From assembly GCA_964187785.1 (NCBI GenBank), contig OZ076409.1:44084001-44148000 (forward strand): DNA of 64,000 bases. The letters run 5' to 3'. The first letter of the stretch is position 1, and every line of letters begins with the position of its first letter. The notes under the pieces were generated by a model. That model made no database searches and had not been told where the DNA came from. It was given only the letters and a program-made list of their open reading frames with translations. The translations under genes and the position numbers were made by a program. The stretch comes from Amphiscolops sp. MND2022. Taxonomy: Eukaryota. Below, one piece after another: positions 1 to 11,078 of this stretch.

Positions 1-2560
1 AGGCAGCGTTGCACACTCGTCTCACTTTGTCCGGCTTGTTCAGGTGTAGCACAGGGAGATGCGGAACGTACCACTGAAGGTCGGTTTTAGAGCTTTCAAA
101 CTCTGCTTCGTCCAGGATTCTCACAAACCCCTTTTGTACGTCAACGTCAATTGTCTCTTTGTAGCGTTGTGTCAAGCTCTCATCCTCTTCCAGTCGGCGC
201 TCGAGAGACTTCAATTGACTTACTGCTGAACTGTAGTTGTTCGGCAAATGCGGCTTTGCATTTTTCCGAAGTAGCCCGACCTCATACCACTCTCCATCGA
301 ACTTTGTGGTTGCCTTGAGCATTTCGAGGGCTTTGTAATCCTCTTTGGACCTTCCGGATGCGCTGCAGTTGAAAGCATACGATTCCATGCTCCACCAAGT
401 TTTCACTTGATCCGCTAATGGGTCCACTTCTGCAGCGACTAAGCTTTCAGTCGCAAGCTTCGCAGTCTCTTGCTGAGGCAAGGGTCCACTGAGCATCCAT
501 CCCAGCTTCGTTCGCACTGCCCAGGGCTTTGCGTTTCCACACTTTCTATAGTCGATTGCTCTATGCAAGTGGTAGCAATCTTGGCCCAAGATGACTTTCA
601 CTTCTCCCAAGTTGATGGTAGACTCCCTCAATACTGACAGGTGAGGATATGTTTCTTTTAATTTCTTGAGGTTGTAAGTTCGATTTCCGGCATTCACGTC
701 TGGATGACAATATGCCATGATATCTTCTTTGACCTTTCCGTCTTGATCTCCAATCCTGACTCGAAGTCGTTTGCTACTAATATCTGACGTTCCGTGAATC
801 CCTGCAACATTCAAATCCACTGGCTGTCCTGTCAGATTCAGCGATTTCATAAGGCTCTCGTCCACAAAGGACAGGCTTGCGCCAGAGTCGCACAAAGCGA
901 ACGTTTTCAGAGTTTTGCTCCCACCCCCTATCGTTACTGGAATTACTGGAAGCACTCCACTGCTTTTCATTGATGACAAATTGGAGACCTCTTCGACATT
1001 TTCAACACTTTGCTTTTGTTCCACGTTCTTGTATGGTCTGTGTAGCAATCTGTGATGAGGTTTTCCGCAACCACTTACGTCGCAGAGTCTACCAGAGCAA
1101 TTTCTCATCTGATGCGCGTCTGACAAACATTTGAAGCACAATTTCAACTCTTTCGCCTTTTGTCCTCTTTCTTCGACGTTCATCTTCTTGAACTTCTCAC
1201 ATTTCCATATGGGATGTTTGCCATCTTTCAGCGCACACTCTCGCTGGTATTTCGAGTTGTCACTGGCTGTGTTTGTTGTTGATGTGGCAAACGTGGAGCC
1301 TTTGGCCTTTTCCTTGTAGTTCGACTTCGCGCGATCAGCATTCGGGTTTGAAGACAAAAGCAATTCGTTTTGAACATCTGCTATATCATTGAGCCCTTCA
1401 CTGAACACAGCGAGTCCAGGTTGATATAGGTTCATTTGCTTGACATAAGTGAGCCACTTTGTTTTCATGTCCAGCGTTAACTTCCTTGTGGCACTGCCCA
1501 GGACTCCTTCTGAGTTTAGGTCTCCCACGTAGTTGAATTGTGTCAGAACTTTCACACAACTCGACACTATTCTCGCAAACTTGATAACTGCGGCTCCATC
1601 ATAAGGTTTCATAGGAGGAAAAAAATAGATTCGTTTCAGCTGGGCGTTCACAACCATTTCAGGTTTTCCAAATTTTCGAACTAGAACGTTCCACGCCACA
1701 TTGTACATTTCAGCAGTGTATCCCAAGCCAGCAATCGCCTCTTCGGCTTTGCCCGTTACCATCGTCTTCAGGTGATTCATCTTTACACTGTCGTCCATAT
1801 TTGCTGCGTGGACGGTTGCTTGAAATAGTTGTGACCACTCTGGCCACTCCAACGGGTCTCCTGAGAATTCTGCCAACTTCAGTTTTGGCAAGCTTGATCT
1901 GATGAAATAGTCGTCTCTTACGTTCGACGCCATGTTTGGCCCTTGACTTGGCGAATACCGCTTCTGTGTGTTCGCAAGCTGTGGTACTTGAAATGCACCA
2001 CTCGCGATGCCTCCAAACGTCGGTGGTAACCGATTCTGGTCTGCACTGAGAGTCATCTTCGCCTTTGATGAGGCGAATTTCACTTCTGGTTGAGCTGTTG
2101 CTCTTTGACTGCCTGTACCTATGACAGTCTTTGTTCCGTCCTTTCCAATATCTCGCAGAGCGGCTTCTGTGGATATGGTCGGTTGCACTGAGGGCTTCAA
2201 ATCCCTCACTTGCGCGGAGTATTGTCCTCCATGCATCGATTGTACTGTAATCACAGGTGCTGAGGCGGACATTTGCGGGTGTTCTGATGGCACGTTAATC
2301 AACGATGCCACGTTTTCAGTTTCCTCTGTCTTGTCCATCCAATATGAGACTTTCGACAGATTATCATCTGGAGTTCCGACCGGTGAGATGCTTCTCAAGC
2401 TAGAACCACGACTGCTCGACACTTTCGCTCTTTCTATTTCCTTTTCAGCTATTCTTGCTTTGCGAGCCAACTCTTCTTTCAGGTCAGCTATTTCCTTTTG
2501 TTTCAGTTCCGTCAGGCGAGCTTGCAGTTCTTCTTGCTCTTTCAAAGCTTTTATCTCCAC
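1..2560 (-). CDS. gag-protease-pol polyprotein, partial (open where traced; upstream gag pieces 2551-3733 are frameshifted)
   Basis: No stop found in the manually translated stretch ~1890 to ~480. Probably absent from the ORF track because it has no stop inside the window. Confidence 0.8.
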   Translation of the reverse strand, partial: MEIKALKEQEELQARLTELKQKEIADLKEELARKARIAEKEIERAKVSSSRGSSLRSISPVGTPDDNLSKVSYWMDKTEETENVASLINVPSEHPQMSASAPVITVQSMHGGQYSAQVRDLKPSVQPTISTEAALRDIGKDGTKTVIGTGSQRATAQPEVKFASSKAKMTLSADQNRLPPTFGGIASGAFQVPQLANTQKRYSPSQGPNMASNVRDDYFIRSSLPKLKLAEFSGDPLEWPEWSQLFQATVHAANMDDSVKMNHLKTMVTGKAEEAIAGLGYTAEMYNVAWNVLVRKFGKPEMVVNAQLKRIYFFPPMKPYDGAAVIKFARIVSSCVKVLTQFNYVGDLNSEGVLGSATRKLTLDMKTKWLTYVKQMNLYQPGLAVFSEGLNDIADVQNELLLSSNPNADRAKSNYKEKAKGSTFATSTTNTASDNSKYQRECALKDGKHPIWKCEKFKKMNVEERGQKAKELKLCFKCLSDAHQMRNCSGRLCDVSGCGKPHHRLLHRPYKNVEQKQSVENVEEVSNLSSMKSSGVLPVIPVTIGGGSKTLKTFALCDSGASLSFVDESLMKSLNLTGQPVDLNVAGIHGTSDISSKRLRVRIGDQDGKVKEDIMAYCHPDVNAGNRTYNLKKLKETYPHLSVLRESTINLGEVKVILGQDCYHLHRAIDYRKCGNAKPWAVRTKLGWMLSGPLPQQETAKLATESLVAAEVDPLADQVKTWWSMESYAFNCSASGRSKEDYKALEMLKATTKFDGEWYEVGLLRKNAKPHLPNNYSSAVSQLKSLERRLEEDESLTQRYKETIDVDVQKGFVRILDEAEFESSKTDLQWYVPHLPVLHLNKPDKVRRVCNAA

Positions 2561-3475
2561 ATCAAGAACTCGTCTTCACTTGATGTTTTTGAAATCACAG
2601 ACGTTTTGTTGCTTTGTGTTCTTTTACTTCGCGAATGTATGCTCAATTCTTCTATTGGCAATGATCTAGTACCTTTTTCCCGCTCTTGGCCGTCATCCGC
2701 GTTATGACCATTTTCTTCGTTCTGCTCATCGTCTGGTTTGGGCTCCTTTTGTGGTGAAGTGACATTTCTACTTGATTTGTCTGCGGGTACGCTTGCGCGA
2801 ACGTCTGCTAGTCTTTGTTCGGCGTCCTCAAGGCTTCGCAAGATGGCTCCAGCTTCTCCTGATTTCAGGAGAGCTTCAATTTTCAGTTTGAGGTCAGACC
2901 TCTCTTGAAGCAATTCTTGACATGCTGCTGCATAATCTGCTTCGGCGTCCTCGCCGTTTTCAATTCGTTTATCGCTCAACTTTTCGTTGTGTACAATTCT
3001 TTCATCAATAGCACGTTTCTTTTCTTCAAGATCAGGTAGTTCATTATCTGATTTTCATCTTGCAATGCTGACATCAGTATTATAACCTTTCCAATTCTAG
3101 AGTTTTGTTGCTGCAACTCAACAAATCGACTCTTTATTTCTTTGTTCACTGTTGAGAATATTTCGGGTATCTGCGGTTGATACTTGAATTTTATTGCATT
3201 TTCGACTGCCTTAATGAGTCGTTCTCGCCCGTTGATGGCATCTGTTCGTCGTAACAGTAGCTCTGCTATCTGCTTGTCGTCATCATTGCTAGCTAGAGTT
3301 TCATCAATTGTTTTCCGTGCTCGACAGCTGCATTCCAATAACTCCGCGTTTGCGCGTTGTCTGCAGAAAAAGTTTGTTTGTTCTTCAGAAAGTTTTCAAC
3401 TTTGTTGATATCAAACCGTTTTGGTTGAGCCATCTCTTCTTTTCTTTATTGAACTCAATTCCCAGAGTCACAAAA

Positions 3476-3691
3476 GCCCAATCTCCCAGTGACACAGTTG
3501 CCCAATCTCCCAGAGACGCAGTAGCCCAATCTCCCAGAGACACAGTAGCCCAATTTCCCAGAGACACAGTAGCCCAATCTCCCAGAGACACAGTAGCCCA
3601 ATCTCCCAGAGACACAGTAGCCCAAACTCCCAGAGACACAGTAGCCCAATCTCCCAGAGACACAGTAGCCCAAACTCCCAAAGACACCGTA
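3476..3691. repeat. 24-bp minisatellite, about 9 copies, in the 5' gag region
   Basis: Unit gcccaatctcccagagacacagta repeats every 24 bp from 3476; reads (WATVSLGD)n or (LGYCVSGR)n on the element strand. Confidence 0.95.
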
Positions 3692-3795
3692 GTCAAATAC
3701 TCCAAGATCCAGACACTTGTTCTTCTTGGGCAATCTTCTCAGTTGTCCACCAACGAGTCGTCTTCTTCTAGTCCGGGTCGTCCACCAACGAGTTG

Positions 3796-3812
3796 TCCGC
3801 GTCGGCGGACCA
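3796..3812 (-). promoter_or_regulatory. Primer-binding site of BEL element #1
   Basis: TGGTCCGCCGACGCGGA, 2 nt after the LTR end ...TTACA. Confidence 0.85.
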
Positions 3813-3814
3813 AA

Positions 3815-4759
3815 TGTAACGGCTGCTTGCCCTTATCCTGCGCTGAGGCTTGACAAGCTTTACGCCGCACTGATCCGTTGCCTAGTGCTGTGGACCGTCA
3901 CTAAACAATTCCTGGTTTCTTGTTTTAAAGGACTGTATCTTTTGACTTGATGGGTCCGACGTGACCCGTGGACTCTTCTGCGATTCCTCTTTGCACTGAT
4001 TTGGATCCGATGTGATCCGTAACACACTTCCCTCACAGTATCTTCACGCGCTCCGGCTCTCCAACTATGAGAGTAGCTACTTAGTCGCTCTGACTCTAGC
4101 GAAAAGTTGTGAAGATTGAGAAGTTGAATAATTAGTCTCTTGGTCCAAGACCCAACTTGACTATAGCTATTCAGTGTAGAAAATCTCTATCTAATAATGA
4201 TATAAATGTGGTTTACAATTCTACAGTAAAAATAAGCAAATATTAGTTGAAATATGTTGTATAAATAAATGACATTTAAAGCATAAAATGAAGTTATTGG
4301 CTAAGTAAACAACTATGTGGTGGTTTTGGCATGTTGGTTAGGTGGGCTAGAAAGTATGTTTACACAATGTAAATATAATAAATGTCAACGGAGTTACATT
4401 TCGTTCAAGGTCAAATGAGAAATAACATAATTATTAATACATCAAAATTGGGTTTTCATGGGGTCCGACCTAGTTCACTTTGGGTGTTAATTGCTCGGAA
4501 CCCAGGGGAGATACGAGGTAGAGTAGTTCAAGTGAAAAGTTGAGTTAGCACCTCTAGTATATGCATGCCAAGTTTCAGGGTCATTGGACAAGTGCTTCTT
4601 AAAAAAGGGGGTGGCCCTTTTTCCCTCAGGCATATTTCTGCTGAAACTTGTAATTTTCTAACTTGAATCTTGACAAAGTTTCTAAGTGTTTTGAGTTGTG
4701 AGTTTCATCAGTCACGTTCAAACATGAGTTTCTGAGCTCGCAATTGACTGGCGCCAACA
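3815..4759 (-). repeat. 5' LTR of BEL element #1 (945 bp)
   Basis: Begins TGTTGGCGCCAG and ends GCCGTTACA on minus, the same termini as the LTRs at 48674 and 54538. Confidence 0.85.
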
Positions 4760-5304
4760 CCCAACTTGGGAAACTGAGACTCGCAGCAAAAGTATGACAC
4801 TCAAAAATGGCAACGGAATTAAAGCGGGACGAATAATTTTGAAAACGGGGAATTCTATTTGACTATTGGCAAAAGGATGCTGAAAAAACACTGTATGATA
4901 AATTCCACAAATTACTAGTTATTGAGAAATTAGCACAAATTTTACATGCACATACTATAGGCCAAGATACAGGTTTGGCTACAAGACAAACTCATACTAA
5001 AAAAATCACGTTAGCGTTAAAACAACGTAAATGCACAAAAGTCAGCATAAAATTAAAAAAATACATTGAGATACTAGAATTACGGGGACGTTCCGTATAA
5101 CAATCCCTTTACACAAACTTCAGAACCTAACAACTGATGACAAGGCCATTTTCATAATCTTTCCTTACAGCACAGCTTTCCTTATTTGAGATTCTAATTC
5201 TAAAATTCCCTAAATGCATCTTTTCAGAAAAACCTCATTTGAAATTCGTTCGAACCAATACTTCATAGCAACAATCTTACAACTCGCACCGTAGGTGCTT
5301 CGAA

Positions 5305-5593
5305 CGTATTAATATTAGTTATAGTTATTCAGCGGAATACAATTTTGGAATCTGCTCCGTAGTCGTTCCGTACGTATTAAGATTAGGTATAGTTATTCAG
5401 AGAATACAATTTTCCAATCTGCTCCGTAGTCGCTCCATACGTATTAGGATTAGGTATAGTTATTCAGAGAATACAATTTTCCAATCTGCTCCGTAGTCGC
5501 TCCATACGTATTAGGATTAGGTATAGTTATTCAGCGGAATACAATTTTTAATCTGCTCCGTAGTCGCTCCGTACGTATTAAGATTAGGTATAG
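5305..5593. repeat. 67-bp tandem repeat, about 4.3 copies
   Basis: cgtattaagattaggtatagttattcag...tctgctccgtagtcgctcc units start at 5305, 5373, 5440, 5507 and 5574. Confidence 0.95.
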
Positions 5594-7689
5594 CCGAGCA
5601 GCGGTGGCCGACGGAGAGAAAGCGAAGAGTTTAGTTGATTTCAATTTCCTTCTCTTAACTAGTTGGGGTTGCTAGGGGCAACCAAGGACGATTCTATTAG
5701 CTTGAGCTCAAAGAATTCAGTTAAGGAGCGACGCTATTGGTCCGTAAAAATAGAAACACCCGTTACTAGCTTGGTTGAGTGACGTTGTCAGAACGTTGTA
5801 AACATTTACTTAAAATCATTTAACTGAGATTTTAAGTGAATATTGACAACTATTTTTATACTGGAGAACAAATTCTCTATCCTATTTTGTGTGTCTTTTT
5901 CATTTTGGAATGTATGAACTCCGTTGGGATCACGGAGTTAAATATTATCTTTAATGTTGTCATTTTAGTGTGAAGAAGAAAGAAATGATTCTATTTTGGA
6001 AAATGTTTCGGTTTTAATATTTAGATTGGTAAGGAAAATTGAGGAGATGAAACTGGAAATAAGAAACAAAGTTACATGTGAAAATATTAAACCGGAAGTT
6101 TTAGTTAAACCTAAAATCATTTCCAAAAATCTTCCGTAGCGCTTGCATCGGATTTTGTGTTCAGAAAATTATCTACAAATGTTTCGGCTGTACTGTATGT
6201 AGATTTAGATTTAATTAAACGTTAAGTTGTTCAAAAGTACTTATGGTAGCCTTGCCCGCGTCCTCTGCCGAATCCTGGATGGTAGGTGCAATTCCAACCG
6301 GGAGCGCGTCGTGGCGAATATCGCTGGGCGAAGTTTTCTCAGTGGAGCAAGGAGCAAACGATCTCTTTATTAATCAAGTCATTATCGAAAACGTTTAAAA
6401 GATTACCGTCTGAAAATCAACGTTCTAAGATAGGAAGGAGCATGACTTGGTTTTAGACGGTATTCCCGTTCTGTATTTATGTTTTTCATCAAATGTTAGT
6501 CCCGCTAGCCCTTCAAAACTGAATTTCTTACCATAGACGCCAAAAGCAATTGGTCTCGCGAAGAAAGCAAAAGAACAAACTATACTTCCCGAACTGGGAA
6601 AAGTTCATCAATCGACTATCAAGGAAAGGAAGCTTCTTGAAAGTTTGGATGAAAATGCCTGCACTTTAGAAATTCCAAACAGCGTAAAAAACGCGATAGA
6701 AACTTTCACAGAGACAAAAGAGAAAAAGATCGAACATTTGAGCATTCTGTTCTACGATTATACACAAAGCCTATTTGCTGTGATACACTTGTTGAATAGT
6801 TTCAGAAATGGCAATGATTTGAATTTGAGACAACTGGGCAGCAAATCAACGCAAATCACAACCAGTTGAGATAAATCCCTTTATATTTCAATTATCAATT
6901 TAAGGTTTTGTCTCATTTACGGGTTGCTTCACTGTGGTGGTTGTTTTTTGGTGGGATTGGCACACACCCGAATGTGGTATTATTGCAACTGGTTAGATTT
7001 TGAGTTTTGATGAAAAAGAACGAACACTGCAACGCTCTGAAGTGTCTGAGACCCTCAGGTTGATGTACTGGGTAAATTGTAGGCTTTGCAACGGATGTTC
7101 CATATAGAATGCGCCAATATATCAAGAACGGAGGCCCGAACGAAGCGATGGAGCAACCAACGCTTGTGCCATATCTTGATGAGTCTACGGGTTCGCTGCT
7201 CTCTCCACAAGAGATTTCAGATAACGATCAGGCACGATACGTAGGTGCATCTACACACACCTCGCCCGAGAAAGAATCACGTATAGAATGTCCGAAAGTT
7301 CCGACTACTTCATCACGCACTAATCGCACTTTGGATTTCATTTCAAATGAGAATCGTGAAACAATAATACCGGTCTATATTGGACGTGGGCCAAGACTTT
7401 ACGGACGACCTTCACTTCCACCACCGTTGACTCAGGTCCCCCGTTTCGAGTTATCGACGGCAGATAAACGTACGATCTTACTTGAATCTTGCATGGTAAC
7501 CGCCTTCAATCTAGTCAATCGCTAGGAGTTCAAACTCCTGCACAGAAACCATTTACTCCTAAATCACCTCAAGAATAATTGGAAAAACAATGGGAAGAAA
7601 AAGCACGCTATACTTTTCGTAATTTAAAAAAACGACTGTCTTCGTCTAATGTTTTAAACTCTATTACCTCTGACAGTCATACGAACATC

Positions 7690-8090
7690 GGCTGTTCTTC
7701 TTCGAATATTTCAGAACCTACTGAGTCTAGCGCACATTGTGTTTCAGCCGATTTTATTATGCAACGAGGCCTTGCCTCTGCCATTGCATACCGTAATCCA
7801 GAGCTTCATCAAATACGTTTTAAAACTCGAAAACTTTTACTGCCGGGATCACTTGTCTCTATTTCGATCAGTTCAATTAACGTTACATCTACAATTTAGT
7901 CATCAAAAAGAAATTTCTCCATAAATCTACATACGAATCGCTTCAGCTGAGTTTAGTGGCCCTTAGTCAGCATCTACAGCGCCATCATATTCGAGGGCTA
8001 AGCATTCAAAGACTTGGCAGTGGCCGTGACCACTTACATTGGCCAACTGTATTCTCCATTTTATATCATATTTTTCGAAATCCCATGTTA
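7690..8090 (+). pseudogene. TARG1/OARD1 (Poa1p-like) macrodomain remnant, frameshifted, probably retroelement-borne
   Basis: AHCVSADFIMQRGLA...YNLVIKKKFLHKSTYESLQLSL...GLSIQRLGSGRDHLHWPTV matches the TARG1 pattern AHCISED.MGAGIA..YYLITK..KPTYE.L..SL..LSMPRIGCGLD.LQW. Confidence 0.8.
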
Positions 8091-10447
8091 ATATCACAAT
8101 ACTTCAACCTTCACGTTAGCGGGTATACCCTCTTCGACTGCCGCTTGCTTTAACAACCCATGGCTTCCTTCATTACTTTTCCCACGCGAGATAAGTACCA
8201 CTTTGCGCAACAACTTAAAAAAACAACCGTTCCAACAGTAATTTGTTCCACGTCAAAAAATCGGATTGGCCTGAATTTGCGGTAACCAGGGTTCTTTTGC
8301 CTTGCTCTTTCTAGTTTTGACCTTCCTTTGACAAAAAAAGATGAAAAAATTTTTTGGACCGTCAACGGCGCCACTTTTGCAGTAGTCCTATTTCTGAACA
8401 TTTCTATGGAAACAAGTTAAAAAAGTAAAGTCTTTGCATACTCTTCGACGCCTTTGCTTGGTTTGACTTTTAACCACTTCTATTGATTCCATTTTAGTTT
8501 GGCTATTCAATTTCCCATGATGATTCATGATGACATTAGTGTAATGATTGAGATATGATCAATTCAATGCAAGTGTTTTCTGGCTCGCTTTGAGGGAACA
8601 CCATCCTTTTCCTCATCCCCCTCAAACATTCGATCATTGCTAAAAGAATTATGCGTCCATTCTCAACTACAGTTTTTACCTTGCAGTGAAAATCCACAAG
8701 TTGCTAACTACTTACTTTTGGATCGGGCACTCAATCAATGGTTCACAATAAAATTTGCGATCCTTTTCACAGTGAATGATGTGCAATAGAAACGCCGTCT
8801 GATTCCCAGATTTTTGTTGCTGGCTGGATACCGTAACCGCCCTTTCCCTCCTTGATACCGCAAATCGACCAATATGCCCCACCCGGGAAATTGAGTAATT
8901 CCCAGAATCTAGAAAGACAAATATCAAAATAAGCATTCACAAAAAAACACATTCCCGAGTATCTACGGTTGTTCGCTACAATTGTGTTTCACTTATCCAG
9001 GGCTCGCTGGTATCCGCATTAGACTTGCACATTGCATCAAATTCCCATATGTTTGGAACATACCTCAGGCATTATATGGACGCTTTCCGAATTCCTCCGA
9101 TTTCATATGCATTCCTATACTAGAGCAGACTCGTTTTAAGGCAGTGCTGTCCTTTTTCTTATCTGAAATGTACATATTTAGACCATAATGTTAGTTTTTT
9201 TTATTTTCTGGCTTAACTCAATTCAATACTACACCGCTTTTCATTCCGGTTAACAGAAAGAAGATGCTTGAGCTCCAACATTTTCTCACCCCCTTGAGCC
9301 AAAATGGCTTTGCAAGAAGGTTCTTCTGGCTCGCCGAGACCCATCCTTCTCAATCCGCTTTAATCATCCCGGACTGCTGTAAACTGAAACGCCAGCATTT
9401 CACAAACCTGCTTTGTTGCCATTTCATTGACGCTGACTGTCCGCTCCCAACGATGTCTTTCTTGCATTGCCCAGGAACATTTGCACAATCGTGCAAGTAG
9501 CTAAAGCCATCATCCCGGGTTTTGATGTCATACTTAGCTTTCCTGCAGTAATGGTTTTTAAGGGAGCTCTGACTTACATGTTTATACATCTGTTAAGACC
9601 GCCAGTAAACGGCGCTAACATTTAACCAGCCTCCATTAATGCCTGTCTCAATAATTTGATGCCTCGCGCGTGATTTTCTTTTTTTTAAATATAGAGGCTC
9701 CAATACCGCGTACATGTCGGGAATTGTAGGTATTTTTTGCCCCTTCCACTTTAGTCTATTCCCGTCGAGTGTAAAGAATTTGAGCCTCTTCAACCAGGTA
9801 TCCCTCACAGCCTATGTGTGCGATATTAATTCGTCTAGCTTTTCCGTTGTTTTCATTTTTACAATGGCATTAAACATAGTTTGTTTCATCTTGCTTCCTG
9901 AAACCCAATATACTTTGTTTGTTTGCTTGCCTTTCTAATTTATCACACTTATCAATATCTTAGTCAAGTATATTTCAATACGCACATTGGTCTTCAATAC
10001 TTGCGCAAAATACCGTTTTAGTCGCTGCAGGTTTAGCATACGAACGAACACATTTTGAAATCTGACGCTTACCACTCAGGTTGCTTGACTTCGAAGCACA
10101 TTTTAGTATAGGACTTGCAGACGTTTACTAATTTTCTTCCAGTTGAGACAGAAAACAAAACAAAAATCAAAAATTCAATTCTATAGACTGTCCAATTCAG
10201 AGTTTGTGGCTTTAACATTGTAACCTACAATTATTGTAACACTGAATGGCACTTCGCACAACTGCAGTAGCTGGTAAAGTCCTCCACGCTAACTAACTGC
10301 TATGATCATGATCATGATCCAGTCAAATGGATTGGCTTCGAGACATTCTAATGATGACCTCTTTTTCATCGGGCTTTAAATGTTGATTTCCATTTGGCTG
10401 AGTTTTCTTTTGTGCGCATGCAACATAGGGTGAACTTATTCCACTTT

Positions 10448-10699
10448 TTACAACAACAGGGCATACACACACATGCCAACAGTACTATACATCCCAAGAT
10501 CTTTGTAAGGGCACTCTTTGACTTCGCTGACGTTTCTGCCGGGGCAGCAAAGAGAAGAGGTTGACTTTTTGTTATCTTTTACTAAAGATGTACCATTCTC
10601 ACAGCATAAAATTGAATGTCCGCGCCATTGCCGCTTTTCACACGCATCCTGGATTGCCGTACACAGATACATGGCAACAATGAAAACCAAAAGTTTCAT
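10448..10699 (-). CDS. Possible small secreted Cys-rich protein (exon or pseudogene)
   Basis: MKLLVFIVAMYLCTAIQDAC signal-like start followed by two CC motifs; no homology recognised. Confidence 0.3.
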   Translation of the reverse strand: MKLLVFIVAMYLCTAIQDACEKRQWRGHSILCCENGTSLVKDNKKSTSSLCCPGRNVSEVKECPYKDLGMYSTVGMCVYALLL

Positions 10700-11078
10700 T
10701 TTAGTAAAAATTCTCGTACAAAGGCTCAAAAGCTGAATGAACATTCCGCTCTTTTCATGGTCACTTCCAATGGTCCGAAATCGAAAATCTGGGTTTTCAA
10801 TCAAAGGTCAAACAACCTGTACTGAAACATGACGTTGAAAAAACAAACTTTAACATCTCGAATTTTGTAAGTATCAAAGCACCGGATGTTGATAAAAATA
10901 TAGAATCACACTGCTTGTGATCTTTCAACTATTCACAGCTCCCAAAATCACCCAAAGTGCCATTCTCGTATTTGCGATCAATTGAACTTTTTTTATACAG
11001 TATTCTTTCGACAATTTTTTTACCCCATTTTTTGAAAAAAAGGAAAACAAACAACCCACAAAGAAAAACTGATCTAAG

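Larger units (their letters stand above)
1..4759 (-). mobile_element. BEL/Pao LTR retrotransposon #1 (5' LTR, PBS, gag, protease, start of RT; runs off the left edge)
   Basis: Minus-strand translation gives PKLKLAEFSGDPLEWPEW (BEL gag), three Cys/His knuckles (CALKDGKHPIWKC, CFKCLSDAHQMRNC, CDVSGCGKPHHRLLH), protease ALCDSGAS and RT start QWYVPHLPV..KPDKVRRVCNAA. LTR 3815-4759 has TG..CA ends matching the termini of element #2. Confidence 0.95.

Noticed and set aside
2121..2669. Plus-strand ORFs over BEL gag/pol, and similar antisense ORFs over CHMP6, PAPSS and the LINEs
   Set aside because: Antisense shadows of real coding frames.
5305..5593. CRISPR-like array
   Set aside because: Head-to-tail units with no unique spacers, in a eukaryotic context.
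6245..6335. HDV-like or twister ribozyme, or tRNA-Sec
   Set aside because: Could not build the required P1/P3 pseudoknot or a full acceptor stem by hand.
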